A DNA stretch of 63,941 nt, counting the filler. It is 15 parts of 15 records of this genome, joined end to end, with 100 filler letters (N's around TTAATTAATTAA, not from the genome) between each part and the next. Parts side by side here need not be neighbours in the genome. Positions count along the whole stretch, not along the records: positions 1 to 4,941 come from SRR15195285_6610; positions 5,042 to 9,247 come from SRR15195285_6614; positions 9,348 to 13,893 come from SRR15195285_6617; 12 more parts are not named here. One strand, written 5' to 3'. This document shows positions 1-9,348 of this stretch, in pieces (the stretch's first letter is position 1; the number at the start of each line of letters is the position of its first letter). The translations under genes were made by a program, and so were the position numbers. Under the pieces are notes generated by a model that was given only the letters and a program-made list of their open reading frames with translations, did not search any database and was not told where the DNA came from.

Positions 1-143
1 GTACAGTAGGACTGCATTTCTCAGTGCGTTCCATTTGGATTTGCTGATTACTCCAGTCTCCACAGCCGGAAAGGGGAATCCAAGCCCGCCCGTGAATTTT
101 GATTTTGCCGTGGCGTGGCACTTGGGACGCCACCAGCGAAGCC

Positions 144-3100
144 ATGGCGGACGCGTCGCAGCGGCAGCGGCTGCGTGAGCTGGTGGCTGAGCTGCACTCG
201 TGCATTGAAGTTCCGGATCTCGAGGCGGCCACCGAGGTGCTCGCGAGTAGCGTGACCTCGCGCAACATCGCGAACGTCACGGCGCTGACGAACAAGCGGA
301 AGCTCTCGGAGCGCTCGCCCGATCCGCCGAAAGTGGACGCGCTCTACGCCGAGCTCAAGGACGCGGGCAACCAGCCGGTGACAGATCGCTTCATCAACGT
401 TCTGCTCAAGCTGCGCGAGGCACCCGGGCTCCTGGCCGTGGTCGCCGACCCCGTGGCGGCGCAAAGGCAGGCCGACGCCGCTTTGGAGCCCGCCCCAGCT
501 CCAGCACCGGCCCCGCTCACTGGTGGCGAGGCACACGAGCTTCTCGGCGCGCGCCTGGCCGCCCGAGGACCGGCACAGAGTTCCCAAGCCTCTTCGGGGT
601 TGCGGTTGAACGTGGATGCCGGTGGGAGCGAGGCGGGGGGCTTTCAGCCGAGGCCTACCGACTCGGGCCCTGCGCTGTCAGGGCAATCTCGAGTTCCAGC
701 CGCGGTCGCCGCTGCGACACCAGTGCGCGATGGCGCGCGTGGCCGCGAGCCCCTGGGTGGCACGTCAGGCGGAACCCCTGTTCTACCGGCCCGGAACCTA
801 GGGCTACAGAGCAAGAAAGGAATGGCCGTTCCAATGCTTCCTGACTGGACACGCGACCGCCCGTTCCTTACCGGTGACGCTGCTCGGCTGGCCGTAGACT
901 CGCCGCTGCTGATGCCGCTGCCGGATGCATCACAGCGCCCTGCGCCCATGCCCATTTCGACGTTTCCGCACACTGTCCAAGAGATCATGATTGTTGAGGA
1001 GATACTGTCGGCACTTACAGGCATAGAAGGTAAATTTATCCGTGCCTCTACGACGAAACTGGGTCGCCTCACCTTCAGCGTGGACAACGCGATCGACCCT
1101 TCGCTAGCAGACTTGACGGCACGGATCCTGCCACTCGCATGCCATGCGCACGCTGTCAACCGATATATTGATGTGCACTCGCGGTTTGAGTATGGAACTG
1201 TCTGCCATGCCTTTTGTGCCGGCTTGCGGCACGTCCTGAAAGAGTTCTACGTGCTAGTGTGCCAGCTGGAGCACCAGTTCACGAGCGAGCAGCTTTCGCT
1301 GCAGAAACTCTGGTTCTATGTCCAACCAACGCTGCGCATATTCGCTCTCCTCGACCGCGTCGTAAGCGTGCTCGTCAAAACTCATTCGGTTGGCGGGGCG
1401 TTGCTCAATGTTGTACACTCGCAAGTGACTGCAATTGGAGGCAGCGGAAGCGACGATGATACAACAACAACTCTTCGGTTCTTGCTGCGACAGGCCTCGG
1501 CTCCATTTTTCGAGATTCTCGGGCGTTGGATTTATGAGGGTCGCATCGATGATCCGTACGATGAGTTTTTCATTGAAGAGCAGACACTGCAGGCTCGAAC
1601 GGATATGATGGAAGTCTACGACGAGAGCTACTGGCACCGCAAGTTTACTGTAAGGGAGGAAATGTTGCCCTTGTTCATTGCACATATGCGCGAACAGATA
1701 TTCAACGCCGGCAAGTTCCTGCACGTCTTGCGCTCCTGTGATATGGACGTGCAATCCTTGCTGGCTAAGCAACGGTCTGCGGGTGCTCATAAACAAGCGG
1801 ACTCGCGAGTCGCTCCGATTGAGTACATGGCGCACGCACGCGAGTACACTGCTGGGATTGAGTTAGCGTACAGCGCTGCATCCAAAGTCTTGATCGAGCA
1901 TGTGATGGGGGAGCTGCAGCTGAAGCAGCGGCTCACGTCGCTCAAGCGATTCTTTCTTTTAGACCAGGGCGACTTCCTCTTGCACTTCATGGACGTGGCA
2001 GAGGCTGAGCTCTGCAAGAACGTCGGTGATATATCGATGCCAAAGCTGCGGTCGCTACTCGACTCAGCGCTGCGCGGATCAACGGCAAGCCAAGATGCCT
2101 TCTGTGACGACCTCACCTGCGAGCTTTTGCCCTACACCCTGATTTCACAACTGCTCCGTGTGATCTCTGTGCGGCACGAGCGTGGTGGAGAAGGTGGGGT
2201 CGGATCGTCTTTGCCAGCGGCGTCGCTAGCGCACCAGGGGCAGGTGACAGGCATAGAGGCTTTCACTTTTGACTATAAAGTCGAGTGGCCGCTATCGCTT
2301 GTACTTTCCAAGTACGCACTGACAAAGTATCAGTTGCTGTTCCGGCACTTGTTTCACTGCAAGAATCTGGAGCGACTACTTTCTGCCACTTGGCAGACTC
2401 ATCAGACATCCAAGCAACTGGAGGTCGCACGCGGGCGGGCGTTCTCGTTGAGCTTTCAGCTGCGGCAGCGTATGCTGCACTTTCTGCACAACTTTCTGTA
2501 TTATATGATGTTCGAGGTACTCGAACCGAACTGGCACACTATGATGGAGAGACTCAAAGACGTCAGCAACATCGATGAAGTGATCGCGCATCACGATGCA
2601 TTTCTCGACACCTGCATGAAAGAGTGCATGTTGCACAATCCTCAGCTGCTCAAAATCCTGACCAAGCTCATGTCAACGTGCATCATTTTCGCAAACCATA
2701 CTGAACGCTTCACAAAAACACTTACGCTTGACCTTGAGCACCCGCCAGATGAGAACCTGCCCGACGTCAACAGCGGTCTGAAGCCACCGGAGGTGCGTGG
2801 CACGCTCTGCCTGCTTATGAAAGCCCTTGACCTTTTGCATTGGTGCGACTGTTGGCATCAACATTGTTGTGGTTTCGGTTGGTTGTTAGGACTGGTCGAG
2901 ACGCCAGTTGGAGATGCGGGAGCGCAAGGCAGAGGCTACGTCAATACATATCGCGCAGGTCGTGCAGGACAAGAACTACTTGCGAACAATGCGAACGTTC
3001 CAGGTAAGAGGGGCTGTTCACGCATATCGTGCTCGGCTTGGGCTATCTTTTTCTCACGGTGCCTGCGGACGCAGGAGAACTTCGACTCGAGCCATCGACA

Positions 3101-3287
3101 ATTGCTTGAAACGTTGAACGCATATGCCACGGTGGAGGCAGAGCCACATCTCACTAACTTATGCTCACGTCTAGATTTCAACGGATACTTTGCGCGGCTG
3201 TATAGCTCCGGTGGTGCGGCAGGTGAGGGTGGGGGTGGAGCAGGTACACAGCGAGGGTTGGTCTCGTCGGTTTATCGACAAACATGA
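144..3287 (+). CDS. TUBGCP2: Gamma-tubulin complex component 2 (Spc97/GCP2), 3 exons: 144-2792, 2890-3003, 3075-3287
   Basis: GCP2-type motifs SRFEYGTVCHAF, LSLQKLWFYVQP, WIYEGRIDDPYDEFF, FFLLDQGDF, KYQLLFRHLF, RLDFNGYF. GT-AG introns 2793-2889 and 3004-3074 remove the non-homologous-looking stretch in the ORF track and insert DWSRRQLEMRERK...MRTFQ. Confidence 0.93.
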   Translation: MADASQRQRLRELVAELHSCIEVPDLEAATEVLASSVTSRNIANVTALTNKRKLSERSPDPPKVDALYAELKDAGNQPVTDRFINVLLKLREAPGLLAVVADPVAAQRQADAALEPAPAPAPAPLTGGEAHELLGARLAARGPAQSSQASSGLRLNVDAGGSEAGGFQPRPTDSGPALSGQSRVPAAVAAATPVRDGARGREPLGGTSGGTPVLPARNLGLQSKKGMAVPMLPDWTRDRPFLTGDAARLAVDSPLLMPLPDASQRPAPMPISTFPHTVQEIMIVEEILSALTGIEGKFIRASTTKLGRLTFSVDNAIDPSLADLTARILPLACHAHAVNRYIDVHSRFEYGTVCHAFCAGLRHVLKEFYVLVCQLEHQFTSEQLSLQKLWFYVQPTLRIFALLDRVVSVLVKTHSVGGALLNVVHSQVTAIGGSGSDDDTTTTLRFLLRQASAPFFEILGRWIYEGRIDDPYDEFFIEEQTLQARTDMMEVYDESYWHRKFTVREEMLPLFIAHMREQIFNAGKFLHVLRSCDMDVQSLLAKQRSAGAHKQADSRVAPIEYMAHAREYTAGIELAYSAASKVLIEHVMGELQLKQRLTSLKRFFLLDQGDFLLHFMDVAEAELCKNVGDISMPKLRSLLDSALRGSTASQDAFCDDLTCELLPYTLISQLLRVISVRHERGGEGGVGSSLPAASLAHQGQVTGIEAFTFDYKVEWPLSLVLSKYALTKYQLLFRHLFHCKNLERLLSATWQTHQTSKQLEVARGRAFSLSFQLRQRMLHFLHNFLYYMMFEVLEPNWHTMMERLKDVSNIDEVIAHHDAFLDTCMKECMLHNPQLLKILTKLMSTCIIFANHTERFTKTLTLDLEHPPDENLPDVNSGLKPPEVRGTLCLLMKALDLLHWCDCWHQHCCGFGWLLGLVETPVGDAGAQGRGYVNTYRAGRAGQELLANNANVPGKRGCSRISCSAWAIFFSRCLRTQENFDSSHRQLLETLNAYATVEAEPHLTNLCSRLDFNGYFARLYSSGGAAGEGGGGAGTQRGLVSSVYRQT

Positions 3288-3759
3288 GGTGTATAAAGAA
3301 TATCGTGACAAGTGCACACATAGGAGCGCTACAACATTCGCTTCCGGGAGGCTTTGTTGTGCATGCGCACCCTGTGCGGCGACTTAGTTGTCCCTCAGCA
3401 GTACCTATGTACTATGTAGTCAGAAGAACGCTGTCACGACGCAAGATAGTGCTCAGTGCCTTGCAACGAATGTGCGCTGCAGCCGGACATTCCAACGCCG
3501 CAGTAAGATCCGCCCGGGATCTGATGGCCGCATGAATCCTGCACGTGAAAATAGTGAGCAGGGATTACAGCTCACGTACAGTTGTACGACGTGTGCCATG
3601 ATCTCTGCGTCAAAGCCTTGGGCTAGCACAACCGCTGGCGTTGTGGTGTTCGTATGCTTGCGTATCGCCTACACGTGTCGACACCATGCACGTAAATGCC
3701 CGACTCAGCCAGGAGCCAGCCATGCAGCTAGCGAGCATGCAATGGGTGCAGCTTTGTCT

Positions 3760-4842
3760 CTAGATAACAGAGTTGAACGGGTGATTGGCTGCTTGTGTAC
3801 CTTGGACAGTCCAGCTGATTCCTCGCAGGACCGGCTTGCGCTCGCCGATGCCGCCGAGAGATGCCAGTGTATACGAGTGCGTCCATTCCACCGTCTCATA
3901 TCCAAAGTTGGAGTAGAAAAGTAGCGCGCGGTTGTTTGCTCGGTCTGTGCTGATGCAGCTGTGTCGGTAGCCGATCTCTCGCATGCGTCTCATTGCCTCT
4001 CCAAGCAACAGCTGACCTACACCTTTGCCCTGGAACTGGTGCTCATCGGTGAAAATTGGTGGCACCGCCAAATGCGTCACGAAGAACCAGTCTTGGCAGC
4101 TTGTATCAGCCTTCGGGCGATCGACCCAATTGCAAGCGTTGACGCACTCACACACCCCTAACTCGCTTGCATCCTCGTTGTTGATTGCCCAGACGGTAGC
4201 AGACGGTAGCCTCCCTGGGCCTGAGTCATCGAGGTCTACGCGGAAGCTGATTTGCTGCTCAGGTGCTGGTGGTGAAGGAAGAGAAGCTACGTCAAAGTCG
4301 ACCCAGTCCAGGTAGGCTTCATTTGTATCCTCTTTTGAATTCTCGTATCCACGCAATCCCAACAGCGCGGACACATGTACTTGCGTGCTAGAGAGACCAG
4401 CGGAGTCGAGGAAATAGAACGGGTAGTTAGTGCTAGAAGAGAAGGCTATAATGCGCTCTGCACCACACTGCTGTAGGTATGGCTCTGCGCGGTCCAACAA
4501 TGCCTCACCGACTCGTCGGTGGCCGCAGTCTAGCGCAAGGTATCGAATGATCACGTCGCCCTGCGCGAGTGGTGGCTCAGCAGCAGGTTCAGGACACCCC
4601 AGCACAGCCACCTCGATGAACCCGACGCAGCCACCCTGCTCATCTTCGGCGACCCATATCGCTCGGCTCACCAGGAAGCCGCTGTGGCGCCTCTGCATCT
4701 CAGTCGCGAACGTCTCTGCGCTGCAAGGGTAGCAGTGGTGCACGCGCGCGATGCTGCGGCTGAAGCACGCAGCCAGCGCTGCCGCATCGCGCTGCTCGAC
4801 GGCGCCACCATCGCCCACTCCCTTCACGCGACGCACGGACAT
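3760..4842 (-). CDS. GNAT-family acetyltransferase (tandem GNAT folds)
   Basis: Acetyl-CoA motif A FQGKGVGQLLL, then NNRALLFYSNFGY. A degenerate N-terminal GNAT half (HRRVGEALLDRAE). Start taken at the ATG of MSVRR; the 3' end could be altered by an intron. Confidence 0.8.
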   Translation of the reverse strand: MSVRRVKGVGDGGAVEQRDAAALAACFSRSIARVHHCYPCSAETFATEMQRRHSGFLVSRAIWVAEDEQGGCVGFIEVAVLGCPEPAAEPPLAQGDVIIRYLALDCGHRRVGEALLDRAEPYLQQCGAERIIAFSSSTNYPFYFLDSAGLSSTQVHVSALLGLRGYENSKEDTNEAYLDWVDFDVASLPSPPAPEQQISFRVDLDDSGPGRLPSATVWAINNEDASELGVCECVNACNWVDRPKADTSCQDWFFVTHLAVPPIFTDEHQFQGKGVGQLLLGEAMRRMREIGYRHSCISTDRANNRALLFYSNFGYETVEWTHSYTLASLGGIGERKPVLRGISWTVQGTQAANHPFNSVI

Positions 4843-4941
4843 CTGACTGACCAACACGAGATGCAGCAAAGTTTGAATCACGCAGGCGGCACGAGCCGCA
4901 CGCGGCCCGTTGAACGATGAAGCTACAAGCGCTGCAGCGCT

Positions 4942-5041
4942 NNNNNNNNNNNNNNNNNNNNNNNNNNNNNNNNNNNNNNNNNNNNTTAATTAATTAANNN
5001 NNNNNNNNNNNNNNNNNNNNNNNNNNNNNNNNNNNNNNNNN
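4942..5041. other. Artificial contig-joining spacer N44-TTAATTAATTAA-N44 (first of 14)
   Basis: The same 100-nt spacer with six-frame stops occurs at 4942-5041, 9248-9347, 13894-13993, 23483-23582, 27320-27419, 31386-31485, 34552-34651, 38001-38100, 41920-42019, 45150-45249, 49054-49153, 52727-52826, 56725-56824 and 60451-60550. Confidence 0.99.
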
Positions 5042-5605
5042 CGGCTCAGGTTCCGGCTCAGGTTCCGGCTCGGCCTGCGGCGGTTCCACCTCGGGACACG
5101 ACCGGACCACTGCCTCCGGTTCCGACGCAGGTGCTAGTCCCGCCTCTGGCTCTGGCGCCAACTCTAGCAGCGTTGGCTGGTCCGGCTCCAGCGCGGCTGA
5201 GTCTAGCTGGGGCAGCTCTGGCGTGGGCTCCTCGGCGTTCCCCGCTGCCCGGTCAGTCGCCGCGAGCTCGTCCCCGGGGCTGCCCGGTAACACATCCTCG
5301 GCCGCATCCTCCGACCCCCCGCGTACGTCCGACACCTCTCCATCCTTAGCCACACCCTCCGGCTCCGGCTGCGGCTGCGACTCCACTTGCTGTCCCGGCT
5401 CCGGCTCCAGCGCCGTTGGCTGGACCGGCTCCAGCGCGGCGGCTGCGTCTAGCCTCAGCAATACCACCTCAGCTGCCGCCGAGCGGCGCTCCTCTGCCTC
5501 CTCCGCTTCTCCAGTGGGTGGCAGCTGCTCCACCGTTCTGCCAGCGCGGATCATCGCAGGCAGTGGCGCCACTACTCGCTCACGCTCACCCATCCCCTCC
5601 GACAT
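5042..5605 (-). CDS. N-terminal fragment of an acidic Glu/Pro-rich low-complexity protein (3' truncated in an EPEP run)
   Basis: ATG at 5605, GC-rich coding-like sequence, repeated LDxAALEPxQPTxLE units, runs into the contig end at (EP)n. Confidence 0.55.
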
Positions 5606-5871
5606 GTCTCTCTCTCAGATCCCAAATCTCCCGAAAAACAAAAGAAAGCTTCTCCACCAGCTGATCCGTGCGTACCCACGTGTTCAGCCCTCTGTGTATA
5701 GCGTCAAATCGCTGCCGTCAATGCAATCCCCCAGCCACTCACGACAACAGGGGTGGTTTTCCTGCCTCTCGCCCATACTGTCGCGTACACCGTGGCCTGA
5801 CGACGCAGAGACTACGGGACGGATCGCCTGGACAAAAAAGACAAGCCTCTCCGCAAGGGATCGCCGATCGT

Positions 5872-5993
5872 TCCGGCCGAACTGCACGCGAAAGACAACA
5901 CAGAGGGCCGCCGTGCACCCCTCCGCCTCGCTGTGCTCTCCAGTGATCCCTCGCTGCGTGCGCGATCTGTCCGGCCGAACTGCACGCGAAAGA
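5872..5993. repeat. Identical 24-nt direct repeat TCCGGCCGAACTGCACGCGAAAGA (5872-5895, 5970-5993)
   Basis: Read directly. Related AAAGAACACAGAG unit near 6074 and GTGGCAACGCTGC twice (about 6048 and 6142). Confidence 0.8.
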
Positions 5994-6850
5994 ACACAGA
6001 GGTCTAGCCGGTCCAGAGGGCTGCGGCCGCGTACACCACAGCCTCCTGTGGCAACGCTGCGGTGAACAGCGCCAAAGAACACAGAGACCAAGCCGGTCAA
6101 GACGGCTGCCGCCGCGTACCCGTCGCTCGCTGCCTCCTCGCGTGGCAACGCTGCCGTGAAAACTGCCTGGGCAGCGCACAGCGCCAACCTCGGATTTAGC
6201 ATTTCCACGCTGGGACAGCCCGATTTTCATACTCAGGTTGAGAATAGAGTACTTGATTCTCGATTTGTGTTGAGGCAGTCTCTATTGGAAAATTTTACCA
6301 TTATGTTGGACGGTTTTTACTCAGTGCGGCTCCATGGTGTGTACACTGAGAATCGACGGAAAAATGGACTTTGGTGTTTTGTGTGGATTGGGGGAATCCT
6401 GGGAGGTAATCGGCTGTAGAAGATGGCGAAAAGTACGTTCACTCCACTTCTCCACTTCTGAAATTGATTTCCAACGCCAAAGCAAGCGCCGGGAGTCTCA
6501 GAATCATCCCAGTCCGATTCATTGTCAATTTGAATCAGTACCGGAATTGCCTACAATTCTGGTTAAACTAAGCGCCGTGTTGAATTTAAAAACAAATTTG
6601 TCTCAGAACGAGCAATCTTCGTACCATCCGGAATAGCTACTCTACTCCTCGGTGACTCAACTCCCCCGTGATATCGAATCGAAAGAATGCCGTTGTCAAA
6701 CTGAAATTGAAAACACCTCTTGATCTCATGAAGTCATGAACATTGCTTGTGGAAAATCGGCACGGAGCCCCGCGGCCATCACGCGCCAGCCCGCGCGGGG
6801 CCGGGGCGCGGCCGGTGCGGTAGGAAGAGCTGAGGGGGAGGTGCAGCAAC

Positions 6851-6878
6851 GCCATCGCCATCGCCATCGCCATCGCCA
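6851..6878 (+). repeat. (GCCATC)n microsatellite
   Basis: gccatcgccatcgccatcgccatcgcc; the same unit opens the contig starting at 49154. Confidence 0.9.
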
Positions 6879-7082
6879 CGGACTGCCGGGCTGTTCCTCT
6901 GCCTGCTGTGGCTGCTGCTGGTGTGGCTGCTTCACACAGCCGCTACAGTTCTCATTATCCCTGTGGCTGCTGCTGGTGTGGCTGGTTCGCACAGCCGGTA
7001 CGGTTCCTCATCCTGCTGTGGCTCCCGGTGTGGCTTCTGCACGCAGTGTACGCAGTCCAGCGTCTGGTGTGTCTGTTGTTCG

Positions 7083-9136
7083 ATGCCACCGAAGCGACGT
7101 CCCGGTGGGAGCAGCGCGGTGCTGGCGAATGCTTCCAACCGCCTGCCGACTGTAAATGGCTGGAAGAAAGGAGCGGTGACTGCGAAGACTCAGAGTAACG
7201 AGCAGGCTACTAGCACGAGCGGTGCGGTTGGCAGCAGCATCGGTTCCGGTATCCCGCTGCCTTCCCCGCAGCAGCTGCAGCTGTGGCGGCCTGCGGCGGG
7301 TTCGCTGGAGCCATCGGTGCTCGTTGCGTCACCTGCGGCGAGTCCGCGGTCGTTCAGCCTTGCGAACACCAGCGAAGGCTTCAACAACACATCGCTTTCA
7401 CAGGCTGCGCAGGACATCGATTCAATGCTCGCTGACCTAGCCGAAGATGCCGTTGCGATGAGCGCAGTAGAGGCGTACTGGGAGGAGCAGCGCAACGCAC
7501 TGAATGGCTCGCCTGCCACCAGCAGTCATCTACCACACGATGTTCCTGTGTCCGTGACCAAGATGACTAGGTTGCTGGAGGAGACAGATGCATGGCTGTC
7601 GCAAAGCGCCTCGCTCGCAACGGGAAGCCTGAGCGTGCTCACGACGGTGTCGCACTCCAGCTCCCAGCTGAGTACCGGCGACGACCCCGAACCCGAATTG
7701 CCGCAAGACTGTATCGCTCCGCAGCAGTCACCGAGCATCCGTCGCCGTAGGCTCTTGTCGATGCGTACGAGCTCTGTCGAGCAGTTCTTCATCCACGACA
7801 CGCCGACGCGAACCACCTCCACGACCATTAGCCACGGCGCGATGACACCAACGGATGTCGATGTTGTGCTTGCACCCAGTCCCGCGTCGAGCGCACTTGC
7901 CTCTTCGTCGCGCTGTCCTCTGAGTTCGCCGATCTCGCGATCCTCAAGTAACTCGACGGAAGCAGGAAGCGAAGGCAGGGGTCATCTCGAGCGTGGGTTG
8001 TCGTCACACGACGAGAGCTGGCTGGACTTGGTCAAGGCAAACGTCGCAGCGGCTGATCGCGAACCACAAGAAGAGAACGCGATGGCTCAACAGTCCGAGG
8101 AAATCGGTACCGTTGAACTTGCTGCGTCCAACGAGATGAACGCGACACTGCAACGGCAGCTGCAGGTTGTCGTCGAGAAGCTTGCCGCCGTTGATGAGAT
8201 TCGTGTCCAGGCTGAGCAGACTGTGCAGCAGCTTCAAGCCATGAAAAGCACTGGGGAGCTTGGCATGCAGAGCTTAGCTGCTCTGAGCCTCGCCTGCGTG
8301 GCCTTCCATGTCCAACAACAGCAAACCACTCAGGATGCGATCGTCGAGCGAGTCAGTGCGGAGCTGCAGAACCGCATACAGCAGCATTTGCAGGCGAACT
8401 CAGGCACAGCACCAAACCTTGCTGAAGTGCTGCAGAGTCCACCCGCAATCGTGTTGGTTCCGGATCCTGATGCAACCGAAACAAACGGCGACGAGGAGGA
8501 GACGACTCCGCCAGTATCCACACCGAATTCTCCGGGTTCGTCGGACGCAGAGGCTGCTCTGCCACCGCTGTCTCCGGTGCGTGTTCAAGCCCTTGTCCAC
8601 CTGGTTGGCTTGCGACGTGAGCGTAGCTAAATTGTTCCGGGCGCTGTCTGCAACTGTTGCAGGTTGTTGAGCAGCACACAGTGCCCGCGGCAGTCGATAT
8701 TTCTGCTGCGGAATCGGAAGCAGAATCGCCTGATCCAACACCTGGTGTGCTCCGAAACTGGGACGAAGTACCGGTAGAACAGCCGGACAGTGATTGGCAA
8801 TCAGTGGACGAGCTAGAAAAACAAGCAGAAGTGCAAACGGAAGCCCAAGTACAGAAGTCCGAGGTAGTTTTAGACGTGTCGTCTTTCTCTACAGTCCTGG
8901 CAGAGACAACACAGCACGAGACAAAGGCATCCGAAGTGCCCTCAAATAGCTGTGTCTCGGTTGTATTGCCACTGCCAGCTGGTGTGCGGCTGCCAGTGCG
9001 TGGGGCTATGCTCCCTGTGGTTGGCTATCCGCAGAAGGATGCTGAACCAGTGATGACCTGGACCAATATCATGAGCGCGACGATGGCGGTATCTGTTGGC
9101 GTAGTGTTCCTTGCAAGAGCATCTCACAGTTCATAG
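7083..9136 (+). CDS. Hypothetical Ser/Pro-rich disordered protein with coiled coil and C-terminal hydrophobic tail; 2 exons 7083-8576, 8663-9136
   Basis: MPPKRR start. Phase-0 intron 8577-8662 (GTGCGT...TTGCAG) joins two in-frame ORFs. C-terminal IMSATMAVSVGVVFLA could be a tail anchor. Confidence 0.55.
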
Positions 9137-9219
9137 CCGTATGCATTTGGAGTGTGCGCGTAAACGTGAAGAAATATTGTATTCTGAACTGCTCTTTCTC
9201 TGCTCGAAACTTACTCTCC

Positions 9220-9247
9220 TGGCTCTGGCTCTGGCTCTGGCTCTGGC
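9220..9247 (+). repeat. (CTGGCT)n microsatellite at contig end (EP-coding on minus strand)
   Basis: ctggctctggctctggctctggctctggc directly before the spacer. Confidence 0.85.
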
Positions 9248-9348
9248 NNNNNNNNNNNNNNNNNNNNNNNNNNNNNNNNNNNNNNNNNNNNTTAATTAAT
9301 TAANNNNNNNNNNNNNNNNNNNNNNNNNNNNNNNNNNNNNNNNNNNNT

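Noticed and set aside
2793-3074. Cys/Trp-rich insertion near the GCP2 C-terminus in the ORF track
   Set aside because: Explained by two introns (97 + 71 nt) whose combined length keeps the frame; the middle exon is read in another frame.
6921-7082. Cys-rich N-terminal extension / metallothionein-like ORFs
   Set aside because: Products of (GCT/GGT/GTG) low-complexity sequence upstream of the likelier MPPKRR start; no ATG support.
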